26,468 nt of DNA from a virus. Its lineage: Duplodnaviria > Heunggongvirae > Uroviricota > Caudoviricetes. Made by a program: the position numbers and the translations under genes. The notes beneath the pieces were generated by a model. It was not told the origin of the DNA. It worked only from the letters and a program-made list of their open reading frames with translations, and did no database searches. The stretch lies in IMG/VR virus record IMGVR_UViG_3300005663_003096. One strand, 5' to 3'. Shown here piece by piece: positions 7,673 to 15,557 of the stretch (positions are counted from its first letter, which is position 1; each line of letters opens with the position of its first letter).

Positions 7673-9070
7673 CTAGGCGTTCAAGCCCGCCAACTCCAAA
7701 TACCGCTTTCTGACACTGCCCCGCGGCGCCGGCCAATCGAAAGCCGCGGAGGAAAGGGTTCCCCCCTGCCCCGCGGCGCGCCAACCGGAGACATGCGCTT
7801 CCACAGCCTTGCGCTTTGGGCCTTCGACAACTGCAAAGTCGCCTCCCATGACGTTTGACCAATGCGCGCTCAACGCATCATGTGCGGCAAGATACCCTTG
7901 GATGGCCTCTAGGTCTGAAGCGGATCGATGGGCCCGCGGATCCAGTGGCATACGAAATAGATCAACGGCTTCTTGAGGTCGTGCTGTGGTGGCCCGCAAG
8001 AATACGGCATCGGGAAACATTGCCTTCAACACGCCAGCGTGACGGATGTTCGTTCCCAAACCATCCACAAAGCTCGTGGCGCCGGCAATGCGGTCCCGGT
8101 TCACCTCTAGGTACCGTTGGCGAAGGCTGCTCATGTCATTCCTTGTGAGCCGCGAGAGGGCTTCCCCATAGCCCTCTTCATGGCTGGGGCCGCAGAGCCG
8201 GTGTAGATCGCGCTCAAACATGCGCGGCTCACCAACACGGCCCATGCTTTGGTCAGCTGTCGCAGCTGTGTAAAGCTCAGCAAGGCCGGATGCGGGTGAT
8301 CCGAGAATGAAGACCGGCCGCGGGCTACGGCCGATCTCAAGGCTGTTTTCCTTGATCCATTGTGCGGAAATATGGTCCTGGACGTTCTGCGCCAGCCGGC
8401 CCTCTTCATCCCCTTCCGCCATCTCGACAGCGTGATGGATCTCATTGCCTTTCTTGAATGCGTCCCAGGCCGCATCGAGATCTCCCAAGGCCTCGTGGAT
8501 CAGGCCGGCTGCGAAACACATGTGACCTTGATCGATCCCATATTCGATCGGGCTTTCCCTGATCTCCTGGATAAGTCCACTCAAGACATTCCGTGTCTCC
8601 GGGATAGGATGCAGCCAGAGCAGCCGTGCAGTGACGATCCAGGCACCTGGATTAAACGGGTTCTGAGGCATGTATTGGTTCAAAACAGTGCCAGCCCATT
8701 CAAACTCATGGGCGCGCAGCAGGCTCTCTGCCCATAGGGCCCAAAGCCCCTGATTGCCGCTGCTATGCATAAAGGCCTCAGCAGCCTCGGCAGCGCCTCG
8801 AGCATCGCCTTCGCGCAACAGGGCTTTGACACAATGTTCATGGATCTCAGCATGTGCCGGGAACTGGGCCGCCCCGCGACGCGCAAGTTTGAGCAACCTG
8901 AGGTCATCGCCCCGTTCGCCGAGCAGATTCAGCACTGACATGTATCCTTCGGGCGTGTCGATCCCCAGCGCGTCGAACATCTGTAGGGCCTCATCCTCAC
9001 GCTCTCTGGCAATCAGGGAAGTAATGATTTTCGCGGGGTTGATCTGCTGCATGGTGGCGGCTTTCGTCAT
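7673..9070 (-). CDS. TPR-repeat protein fused to a sulfotransferase-like domain with a degenerate PAPS site
   Basis: N-terminal TPR-like helices (e.g. FAAGLIHEALGDLDAAWDAFKKGN). PVFILGSPASG...MGRVGE...L..RYL...FVD...N resembles the TPR-sulfotransferase architecture PIFI.GMPRSGT...GE...DK.P.N. Confidence 0.7.
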   Translation of the reverse strand: MTKAATMQQINPAKIITSLIAREREDEALQMFDALGIDTPEGYMSVLNLLGERGDDLRLLKLARRGAAQFPAHAEIHEHCVKALLREGDARGAAEAAEAFMHSSGNQGLWALWAESLLRAHEFEWAGTVLNQYMPQNPFNPGAWIVTARLLWLHPIPETRNVLSGLIQEIRESPIEYGIDQGHMCFAAGLIHEALGDLDAAWDAFKKGNEIHHAVEMAEGDEEGRLAQNVQDHISAQWIKENSLEIGRSPRPVFILGSPASGLAELYTAATADQSMGRVGEPRMFERDLHRLCGPSHEEGYGEALSRLTRNDMSSLRQRYLEVNRDRIAGATSFVDGLGTNIRHAGVLKAMFPDAVFLRATTARPQEAVDLFRMPLDPRAHRSASDLEAIQGYLAAHDALSAHWSNVMGGDFAVVEGPKRKAVEAHVSGWRAAGQGGTLSSAAFDWPAPRGSVRKRYLELAGLNA

Positions 9071-9265
9071 AGGAGTGCGGCTATTAGGTCCGAGGGCCTG
9101 TTGACGCCACTGTAACGCGTTGCGAAAACCAAGCGAAAGCTAGGGTCGGTCTCATTCTGGGGGTTATCCACAATTAAGCCTCTTGGGCTGCATGGAAGTG
9201 AAGCTTTCGAGCGGCTAGATTTGCGAATAACGGCGCAAGAAGCGATACCTACAGATGGAGCACCC

Positions 9266-9700
9266 ATGTCGAAGCCACCTTTTGAAGATATGTTCGGCTG
9301 GAAGTCCGGTCGTCGAAACCGCAAGAGCTTTGCGCTTTTCATGCTCGCCCAGCTTGGCGTATCGCTGTCCCTCTTTGTGTTGATTGTCTCTCTGACTCAA
9401 CTTGGAAATGCTAACGATGTTGTCATTGGGATTACCGGGCTTGGCACGTTCGTTGTTGGTGTGGGTCTTATAACGTCCCAATTCTGCGTTATGGCGCAGC
9501 GTTGCCGGGATATTGGCTACAGTGGATTCTTTGTGCTACTAAACTTTGTTCCCTTTATTGCGCTCCTATTCCAGGTTCTCCTACTCATCGTTCCAGGCAG
9601 TAAGGGGCCTAATAAATATGGACCTGATCCGCGTGACCCGAATGCGCGGGCCGATGGCCTCACCTCGGCCAACACCAATGCTTCTCTTCTGAACAAATGA
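9266..9700 (+). CDS. DUF805 (YhaH/YhaI-like) inner-membrane protein
   Basis: GRRNRKSF, three TM segments, RCRDIGYSGF and G..GPNKYGPDP. ATG 9266 has RBS GGAG. Confidence 0.88.
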   Translation: MSKPPFEDMFGWKSGRRNRKSFALFMLAQLGVSLSLFVLIVSLTQLGNANDVVIGITGLGTFVVGVGLITSQFCVMAQRCRDIGYSGFFVLLNFVPFIALLFQVLLLIVPGSKGPNKYGPDPRDPNARADGLTSANTNASLLNK

Positions 9701-10035
9701 CGGCGCTCAGTGCAGCCACCGCAGAGGTCTTCGAGCGGTACAGCATGCTCATTAAGGAGCAGCAAGCCTCCGGCATGGCAGATCCTCTCGCAGAGGATCG
9801 TTACCTCTCGCTCACAAACCTCCTTTGGATGTGTGACCAGGCAGTTGCGGAGCACGACAGCTTGCCGATCGACAAGATCTCGCGCTGGTTGGGATGTGTG
9901 CAGGGCTGCCTTGCATCACGCGGCCTCATCAGCATCGAGGCCGAACGTGATTTCACAAGGACCCTCTTCCACGGCGCCTATGCACAAGACGGTATCGAGA
10001 TCCCTGGCCGGAGAGAGCGCGCGATCGAGCCCTGA
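9697..10035 (+). CDS. Hypothetical protein (112 aa) translationally coupled to DUF805
   Basis: ATGA overlap at 9697-9700. Motif LLWM...DK.SRWLG.VQG...ERD.TR.LFH.AY. Confidence 0.8.
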   Translation: MTALSAATAEVFERYSMLIKEQQASGMADPLAEDRYLSLTNLLWMCDQAVAEHDSLPIDKISRWLGCVQGCLASRGLISIEAERDFTRTLFHGAYAQDGIEIPGRRERAIEP

Positions 10036-10093
10036 TACAGGAGGGCTCAAATGCCATTTGCCAAAACCCCGGTCGAGGTCCATATTCACTGAC

Positions 10094-10510
10094 ATGGACA
10101 AACTTCGCATTCATCGTGGGCTGACGCGATATTCCTCCCCCGGCTGGGAGGTGCGATTGTTTCGATTTGCTCCAGACGTAACACCAGCACGCGAGGCCGC
10201 GCCCGAGCTCCGTCATGCCGGTCTTTTCCTTGCCTTTGGTGTTGGATTGAACAGGCCGGTTGTGCTTCCGCGGCAAATCCCCCTCTTCGGTGAAGTCGCG
10301 TCCTTTCCACAAGGTGGATGCTCTGGAGCGATATTCCTCACAACCGCTCATGATACCTTGCAGATCGATGATCTGAACGGACTCTCTGAATGTCTTTTTG
10401 GACTGGGACGCAGCAAAACAAAGATTGCTCTTAGCGCAAATGCTCAGAAGCTCGAAGAGATGTTTCGCCAGGTATTGGCGGACGCCTATCACGTACCAGC
10501 CGCGGCTTAG
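10094..10510 (+). CDS. Hypothetical protein (138 aa); 3' part of track ORF 9710..10510
   Basis: Fills the gap between 10035 and a convergent stop at 10514. The start is uncertain because the best RBS serves the out-of-frame ATG 10051. Confidence 0.5.
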   Translation: MDKLRIHRGLTRYSSPGWEVRLFRFAPDVTPAREAAPELRHAGLFLAFGVGLNRPVVLPRQIPLFGEVASFPQGGCSGAIFLTTAHDTLQIDDLNGLSECLFGLGRSKTKIALSANAQKLEEMFRQVLADAYHVPAAA

Positions 10511-10513
10511 ACC

Positions 10514-11059
10514 TCAGGGCCCATCCTGCCCGTCCAGATCGCTATCGGTATTGGCTGGCGAAGTCTGGAAGGCGATCCTATTTCTTGCTTCGAGAAGGTG
10601 ATCGGCACAATAGATAGCAAAGATACAGCCAGCCCTCAGGGTCTTCTCCGACAGGAATGCTTTAAAATGCTTCTGCGCATGGGCGTCCATTGCGACATTC
10701 ATGTGATCAGATACCTGGATGCAGACATCCCGCACAGGCACGTCCCCATCGGAAATGTCATTCAGTGAGATATGGAGGTTCAAATCGTCAGGCAGGCTGC
10801 TCAGATTTGCAAGAGCGTCAAATCTGATCCGGCGCAGCTTGTCGACCGGGCTGATCTGATAGATATGCCCATCGTTGTGGTAGGCCCACTTCTTGAAGAT
10901 GACTGAATGCCAGCCATCTTTGACCCCGACATCCTGCGCAACCCTATCAAGCGCCCTGTGGAGGGGGATGGCCTCACGACGGCTCAGATTCTTGGCATCT
11001 TCTTTAAGCTTGGGAATATGGTGAACCACACCCTCGATGCATGCGAACTCAAGCGGCAA
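10514..11059 (-). CDS. Hypothetical protein with a Glyoxalase_8/DUF5623-like N-terminal helical motif
   Basis: LKEDAKNLSRREAIPLHRALDRVAQDVG...W resembles LK..AK.L.....I....ALD.VA...G...W (from memory). GGGGAGG lies 7 nt before the TTG start. Confidence 0.65.
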   Translation of the reverse strand: MPLEFACIEGVVHHIPKLKEDAKNLSRREAIPLHRALDRVAQDVGVKDGWHSVIFKKWAYHNDGHIYQISPVDKLRRIRFDALANLSSLPDDLNLHISLNDISDGDVPVRDVCIQVSDHMNVAMDAHAQKHFKAFLSEKTLRAGCIFAIYCADHLLEARNRIAFQTSPANTDSDLDGQDGP

Positions 11060-11273
11060 TTCTTGACCTCCCCAATAACATTTCCAAAATCAGAAACCCG
11101 AGGGTCTCATCAGAAAATGCGTCAGCGCCAGGCCTTTACTTAGTGAGGGGTCCGCTGACCCTATCGTTCTCGCATCATCTAGTACGAAATATTTGTTTCA
11201 GCAACACCCAGTGACCCCGGGTGGGGTCTGGCAGGGTGCAGCCATGAAATCCACAGCTGCACCTTCATAGCAC

Positions 11274-12143
11274 CTACTTCAAAGAGCGTGTGCTTTTTTG
11301 GAGCTTCTTCATCTTGAGGACAGCGAAGGCTTCCTGCTCACGCAACCTCCGGATCTGTGTCTTATACTCATCCTGAGTGATCTCACCGCGCAGACGACGA
11401 AGCTTCAGAATGGACTCGGCATCACGATGATCTGCGATTTTGCTGCGCATGCCGTCCAATTTCTCACGGCTCTCCTGAACCTTATTGTCAAGATCGACAG
11501 TGAGGGGCGGGACAGCTACCGGCGGCAATGCGACAGGAGGGAGTGGAAGCGGTGGGACGGTTACGTCAGGCGTGTCGGAGGTGCTCTCATCGCTTGATCC
11601 GCTATTCGACTCTTTAGCTGTGTCGCCATCTTCAGTGGATCCTGTGGGGTCGCTTGTGTCAGGTGCTGTCCCATTCTGATCGGTCGAGCCGTCAGAATCA
11701 TCTTCCGGTCCCATTTCGCGGTCATCATCTTCCTCGGCGGCCTCTTCTTCCGCCTCTTCGGCTTCTTTAGCCGCTTCCTCGGCGGCCTCTTCTTCCGCCT
11801 CTTCGGCTTCTTTAGCCGCTTCCTCGGCGGCTTTCTCAGCCTCTTTAGCAGCCTTCTCGGCTTCCTTCGCCGCCTTCTCGGCTTCCTTCGCCGCCTCTTT
11901 AGCGGCCTTCTCGGCTTCCTTCTCAGCTTTTTCGGCGTCCTTAGCAGCCTTCTCGGCTTCTTTTTCAGCTTCCTTCGCAGCCTTTTTGTCCTTCTTGCCT
12001 TCTTTGCCAGACTTGGAAGCAGCAAGGGTAACGAATGAAGGCAGAGTGGTGAAACTATGTGCTGAGGTGATATTGGCGGCGAAGCTGGGTGTCGTCACCA
12101 AGCAGAATGTCATAGCAATTGCGATACGTGATACCGAGTTCAT
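11274..12143 (-). CDS. Secreted or periplasmic low-complexity protein: (K/E)EAEKAA helical repeats, acidic and Pro-rich linker, SHOCT-like C-terminus
   Basis: AAGGAG RBS before ATG 12143. Signal peptide ends ...TPSFAA. C-terminal LRRLRGEITQDEYKTQIRRL. Confidence 0.8.
   Translation of the reverse strand: MNSVSRIAIAMTFCLVTTPSFAANITSAHSFTTLPSFVTLAASKSGKEGKKDKKAAKEAEKEAEKAAKDAEKAEKEAEKAAKEAAKEAEKAAKEAEKAAKEAEKAAEEAAKEAEEAEEEAAEEAAKEAEEAEEEAAEEDDDREMGPEDDSDGSTDQNGTAPDTSDPTGSTEDGDTAKESNSGSSDESTSDTPDVTVPPLPLPPVALPPVAVPPLTVDLDNKVQESREKLDGMRSKIADHRDAESILKLRRLRGEITQDEYKTQIRRLREQEAFAVLKMKKLQKSTRSLK
11729..11831. repeat. Exact 45-bp tandem repeat (2 full copies plus a partial), intragenic
   Basis: Unit CTTCCTCGGCGGCCTCTTCTTCCGCCTCTTCGGCTTCTTTAGCCG starts at 11729, 11774 and 11819. 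It encodes a 15-aa AAEEAAKEAEEAEEE-type unit. Confidence 0.95.
11851..11895. repeat. Exact 21-bp tandem repeat (2 copies), intragenic
   Basis: GCCTTCTCGGCTTCCTTCGCC at 11851 and 11872, encoding AKEAEKA heptads. Confidence 0.9.
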
Positions 12144-12385
12144 GTGGGATCTCCTTACGAGAAGATGCATCTTTAAGGTATAACTAGAATTTTCGCAAAC
12201 GGTTCTATCTCATTTGCGTGAGAATCGACGTAACGCGAGGTTGCGGCTGCAAACCGGGCGGCGACGTGGTGGTTTGACCATATAAATAATGAAAGATTGA
12301 GCCTATTAGCGGTTTTGCGAAAAATCGGCTTGCTAGTCTGTTTCCAGTATGTCAGAAAGTTTATGAAAGCCAAAAGGAGATGTTT

Positions 12386-13600
12386 ATGGTTTCGCCTGTT
12401 TTAAGAGGCATCAGTTGTTCGGACTACCGCGCAACTTTAGCAGATCTCGAAGAAGATGGATGGTCGATCAGCAAAACCAATGGAGGCCATCTAAAGCTAG
12501 AGCACCCAAAGGCCAGCAAAGCTATTTTCGGTCCATGCTCCCCATCGGATTATCGCTCCAGGCACAATGTAGTTAGGAAATGCAATATCGCGATCGGCGA
12601 AGCAGCACGAGAAGAGAAAGTCTTCGGTCCAGCTCCCAAACAAAAGGAACTATCCGACCGCGAGTTCACCAGCATCCTGAAGAGCAGCAAGAAAATGCGA
12701 AAAACAAACCGTCAGAAGCATGTGCCGACACCGAGCCACTTCCTTACAGATGCTGCCTCACCCGCGGATCCAGCTACGCCGAAGCGCAAGCTCGGCACAC
12801 TTGCCCTGCCCGCATCCAAACAGGCCGTAAAGGCCAGTGCAGAAATCGCATCATCGCCCATGCAGGCGGTTGCGAAAAAGCTGAATATTACCAGCGCGAC
12901 AAATCAGAAAGCGCCACCTCAGAAGAATAAGTCGGCGCCTACCCTCTCCAACGACAAAGACAAGGACACCAATACCATGCTCGCTTCCGTTTCCCCTACA
13001 CCAGCCCCCGCGCAGCCTCAGGCCCCGGCTCACACATCCACACCCGCACCGCAGCCTGTCTCCAGGAAGCCCGATCCTCGTCAGGCAGGTTCCACCGCCA
13101 TTCCGTCGATCTCCGCCGACGTTCTTGCGCTTGCAATGAAAATCACATCCGGCGAGATGATGCAGGTCGAAGTGACGGCTGATATGGTTGGCCAGACGCT
13201 CTACTACGATGGTCAGATCGTCCTGTCGGGCGCGGTGACCTCGAAGCCTGCGAAGTCTCTGTCGGTGGTGCCTTCTGCGACAGCAGCAGCGCCTGCGGCG
13301 ACCCCCGCTCCTATGCCTGCCGCGGCAAGCGATACGTCGCACTCCTCTGCCGTTGCGACCAGGGGTCTCTCTCAGAATGAAGCGATCACGTCGACCATCC
13401 TCGAAGCGCTGAAGGTTCTCGGCCCCGAACTGGTGACATTCAAGGAATTGACCCATGCGACCCTGCCGGATCTGCCCTATAAAAGCTTTAATTCGGCGCG
13501 CTCCTCCCTGCCTCTTCACGTCAACCGCATGATCGCAAGCGGCATGATCGAGGAAGGGACCAAGGACAACCAGAAGGCCTACCGCGTTAAGGCGTCCTAA
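12386..13600 (+). CDS. HicA-like N-terminal domain, low-complexity linker, small central domain and C-terminal winged-helix-like domain
   Basis: LEEDGWSISKTNGGHLKLEHP...FGPCSPSDYRSRHN fits the HicA/YcfA dsRBD-like pattern GW......G.H..L.H...TPSD.R..N. ITSTILEALKVLG...TFKEL...RMIASGMIEE...YRV fits a wHTH. AAGGAG is better spaced to ATG 12386 than to 12380. Confidence 0.75.
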   Translation: MVSPVLRGISCSDYRATLADLEEDGWSISKTNGGHLKLEHPKASKAIFGPCSPSDYRSRHNVVRKCNIAIGEAAREEKVFGPAPKQKELSDREFTSILKSSKKMRKTNRQKHVPTPSHFLTDAASPADPATPKRKLGTLALPASKQAVKASAEIASSPMQAVAKKLNITSATNQKAPPQKNKSAPTLSNDKDKDTNTMLASVSPTPAPAQPQAPAHTSTPAPQPVSRKPDPRQAGSTAIPSISADVLALAMKITSGEMMQVEVTADMVGQTLYYDGQIVLSGAVTSKPAKSLSVVPSATAAAPAATPAPMPAAASDTSHSSAVATRGLSQNEAITSTILEALKVLGPELVTFKELTHATLPDLPYKSFNSARSSLPLHVNRMIASGMIEEGTKDNQKAYRVKAS

Positions 13601-13619
13601 ACTCTCAAGATATGTGGAT

Positions 13620-13651
13620 AAGGGGAGGGTGCGTGTCGCCCTCCCCTTTTT
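13620..13651 (+). terminator. Rho-independent terminator after the HicA-like fusion gene
   Basis: AAGGGGAGGGTG-CGTGT-CGCCCTCCCCTT followed by a T-tract. Confidence 0.85.
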
Positions 13652-13654
13652 ATT

Positions 13655-13682
13655 GTGCGAAAATGAAAAACCAACATATTTA
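13655..13682 (+). promoter_or_regulatory. Variant promoter-like motif GTGCGA-N16-TA
   Basis: GTGCGAAAATGAAAAACCAACATATTTA lies directly after the terminator and about 17 nt before GTG 13699. Confidence 0.55.
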
Positions 13683-13698
13683 CGCAAAGGGCGCGTCT

Positions 13699-14271
13699 GT
13701 GGGCAACTACAAGAGCAACAAATTCGACAGGAGCCTCGCTCTTCGTGTGACCATCGCCAGCCTTATCTGTCCATTCCCCATCGTTCTGCTGGTTCTCTTA
13801 GGGCCAACGCTCATGGCGCTTTTAGGGGGTCTGCCGGGGATGATCCTAACGATGATCCTTTGTTGCCTTGTTATTGCGCTGGTTGCAGAACTGCTCAAGT
13901 TGGTGCCCTTCCCCCTGGTGACAGTTATGAGGGACGACACGCCGCCTTCGGATTTGGAAATCGCGCGCACACGCCTGTGGCACACTTTCAGCGCACTGCC
14001 GCTGTCATTCGCTGCAGCTTTGCTCTGGACAGTCTCTGCCGCCTTGTCATTGGAGTATTATGCAGCGCCAATCATGCTGATCATTGTCAGCCCCATGACG
14101 ATCGCATTTCTGATCCTGCACCTCGACAGCGAAACAGCCGCTGAGGCCCTGCGAAAATCACTGCGCACATTCATCCTGATGTTGCTGGTCTCATTTATGT
14201 TTTCCCCAGAGCCCGCTGAGTTGGACAGCGTGGGGGCAGCGGATAACGCATCTGATAGCTTTCCGCGGTAG
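13699..14271 (+). CDS. Hypothetical multi-pass membrane protein (about 5 TM)
   Basis: Long hydrophobic segments. The track start at 13612 lies within the terminator and promoter. The in-frame GTG 13699 has AAAGGG upstream. Confidence 0.7.
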   Translation: MGNYKSNKFDRSLALRVTIASLICPFPIVLLVLLGPTLMALLGGLPGMILTMILCCLVIALVAELLKLVPFPLVTVMRDDTPPSDLEIARTRLWHTFSALPLSFAAALLWTVSAALSLEYYAAPIMLIIVSPMTIAFLILHLDSETAAEALRKSLRTFILMLLVSFMFSPEPAELDSVGAADNASDSFPR

Positions 14272-14277
14272 TGCTGT

Positions 14278-15171
14278 TCAGGCGCGTTCACGGTCACGGA
14301 ACAAACGACACTGGCGCGCCGCGGCTTTGAGATCTGAGGGATTGGCCGGCAGAGGCCGTCCCGCAGCCCGCGCCGCATCCAGAGCATCGGGATCTTTTGA
14401 GATCTGCGCCGCGTATTTCTGCACCCGATCTAGGGCATCGCTGACAGGATTGCTCAGCCGCGCTGCGCGCCCTGTTAGGCGCATTACCGATGTGATCTCA
14501 TCCACACCGGCCGAGCCTAATCGATCAAACCCGGAAAGCAGCCGCATCAGAGCATAGTCAATCGCAAGCTTGCGCAGTTCCTTGGCCTCGAATGAAGCCT
14601 GTGAGCCACAAAGCAGTGCCGCCTCCTCAAGAAGGATCAGCGTATTGATGTGCCGCAGGAAAGCTTTGCGATCGAGATCCAGTACAGCATCTTTGAGCAT
14701 GAGATCGACGATCTCTGTGCCGCATTTGCGGATGCGCGCCTTTACAGAGGCGCTCTCATCCTCTTCGCCCTTCGGACCAGGCTCAGGTTTCAGCGACAAG
14801 CGCCGACGCATCCCCTCATTATAGCCATAGCGCATCTCATCGACCATGACGTCGGGGTCAGGTGAGGCTTCCAAACGCTGCATGGCGGCCTCGAGCGGCG
14901 TACCCTCCGCACCAAGGCCAAGGCACATGGCCATTCGCAATCGGATCGCCTTATCCTGATGGGACAGGATGGAGCGCAGCCAGACATCATCAGCGGCATT
15001 CAGGAGATTGGGGTTCGGGCGACCTCGCCCCTCGAATTCTTTGAAGACCTGCGCTTCACGTGCTTCGATCAAACCTGCGAGACCGATTTTGGAGAAACTG
15101 CTCTCGATGCTGTCCGCTCGTTGGACATCGATCATCAGGTCCTCAATCAAGGCAGTGTAATGTTCTGGCAT
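14278..15171 (-). CDS. Hypothetical helical protein (297 aa)
   Basis: Long ORF with protein-like composition, convergent with the 13699 gene. No family recognised. Confidence 0.75.
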   Translation of the reverse strand: MPEHYTALIEDLMIDVQRADSIESSFSKIGLAGLIEAREAQVFKEFEGRGRPNPNLLNAADDVWLRSILSHQDKAIRLRMAMCLGLGAEGTPLEAAMQRLEASPDPDVMVDEMRYGYNEGMRRRLSLKPEPGPKGEEDESASVKARIRKCGTEIVDLMLKDAVLDLDRKAFLRHINTLILLEEAALLCGSQASFEAKELRKLAIDYALMRLLSGFDRLGSAGVDEITSVMRLTGRAARLSNPVSDALDRVQKYAAQISKDPDALDAARAAGRPLPANPSDLKAAARQCRLFRDRERA

Positions 15172-15266
15172 GCCGCATCCCTAGCTCTGATGCCATATAA
15201 AGCACATAGCACCGGGATTCTGAAAGCGCATACTGATAGACGCGAGGGTCGTCTCAAGTCTGTGGT

Positions 15267-15401
15267 TTAGGGGCGCTCGCCGCGCACCGGCCACTTCAGC
15301 TTTGCTTTCAGCGACCCAACCATCTTGCCGACGCTGAAGCTCGAAAATGCGACGATACATACGAAGAGAATGAGGAAGGTCAGAATAAGAAGGATCTGCA
15401 C
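15267..15401 (-). CDS. Small single-TM protein (44 aa, GTG start)
   Basis: AAGGAG-N7-GTG gives MQILLILTFLILFVCIVAFSSFSVGKMVGSLKAKLKWPVRGERP. It is preceded by the promoter-like motif at 15430-15457. Confidence 0.6.
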   Translation of the reverse strand: MQILLILTFLILFVCIVAFSSFSVGKMVGSLKAKLKWPVRGERP

Positions 15402-15429
15402 GATATGGCTCCTTGCCGGGTTTCCTCCA

Positions 15430-15457
15430 TATTTATGCAGTTTGCGATTTTTCGCAA
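15430..15457 (-). promoter_or_regulatory. TTGCGA-N16-TA motif containing a perfect TTGCGA-N4-TCGCAA inverted repeat
   Basis: Minus strand reads TTGCGAAAAATCGCAAACTGCATAAATA. Confidence 0.6.
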
Positions 15458-15557
15458 GACTACAAGCTGCGGTATTTGCCACCGATCCCTCAGTATCCCC
15501 TTGCCGAGACCGCGCTCATCCTCCAAAAAGTTATCGCCACATACTTATGGGGGTTCA

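Noticed and set aside
9710-10093. 5' half of track ORF 9710..10510
   Set aside because: It overlaps the coupled 9697..10035 gene out of frame and is Ser/Arg-rich. Only the part from ATG 10094 is kept.
11094-11113. Minus-strand CTGATGAG plus hairpin resembling a hammerhead ribozyme core
   Set aside because: The required GAAA after stem II is missing (it reads UUCUG), and I could not form stems I and III.
11729-11895. Direct repeats as a possible CRISPR array
   Set aside because: The repeats are contiguous with no spacers, are codon multiples inside a CDS, and no cas genes are present.
11561-12025. Lys/Arg-rich, histone-like 154-aa ORF
   Set aside because: An alternative frame of the EAEKAAK repeats. 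The overlapping frame has the signal peptide and RBS.
12851-13687. 278-aa antisense ORF as a possible antitoxin to the HicA-like gene
   Set aside because: Arg/Gly-rich shadow of the Pro/Ala-rich linker, with no HicB-like features and no clear RBS.
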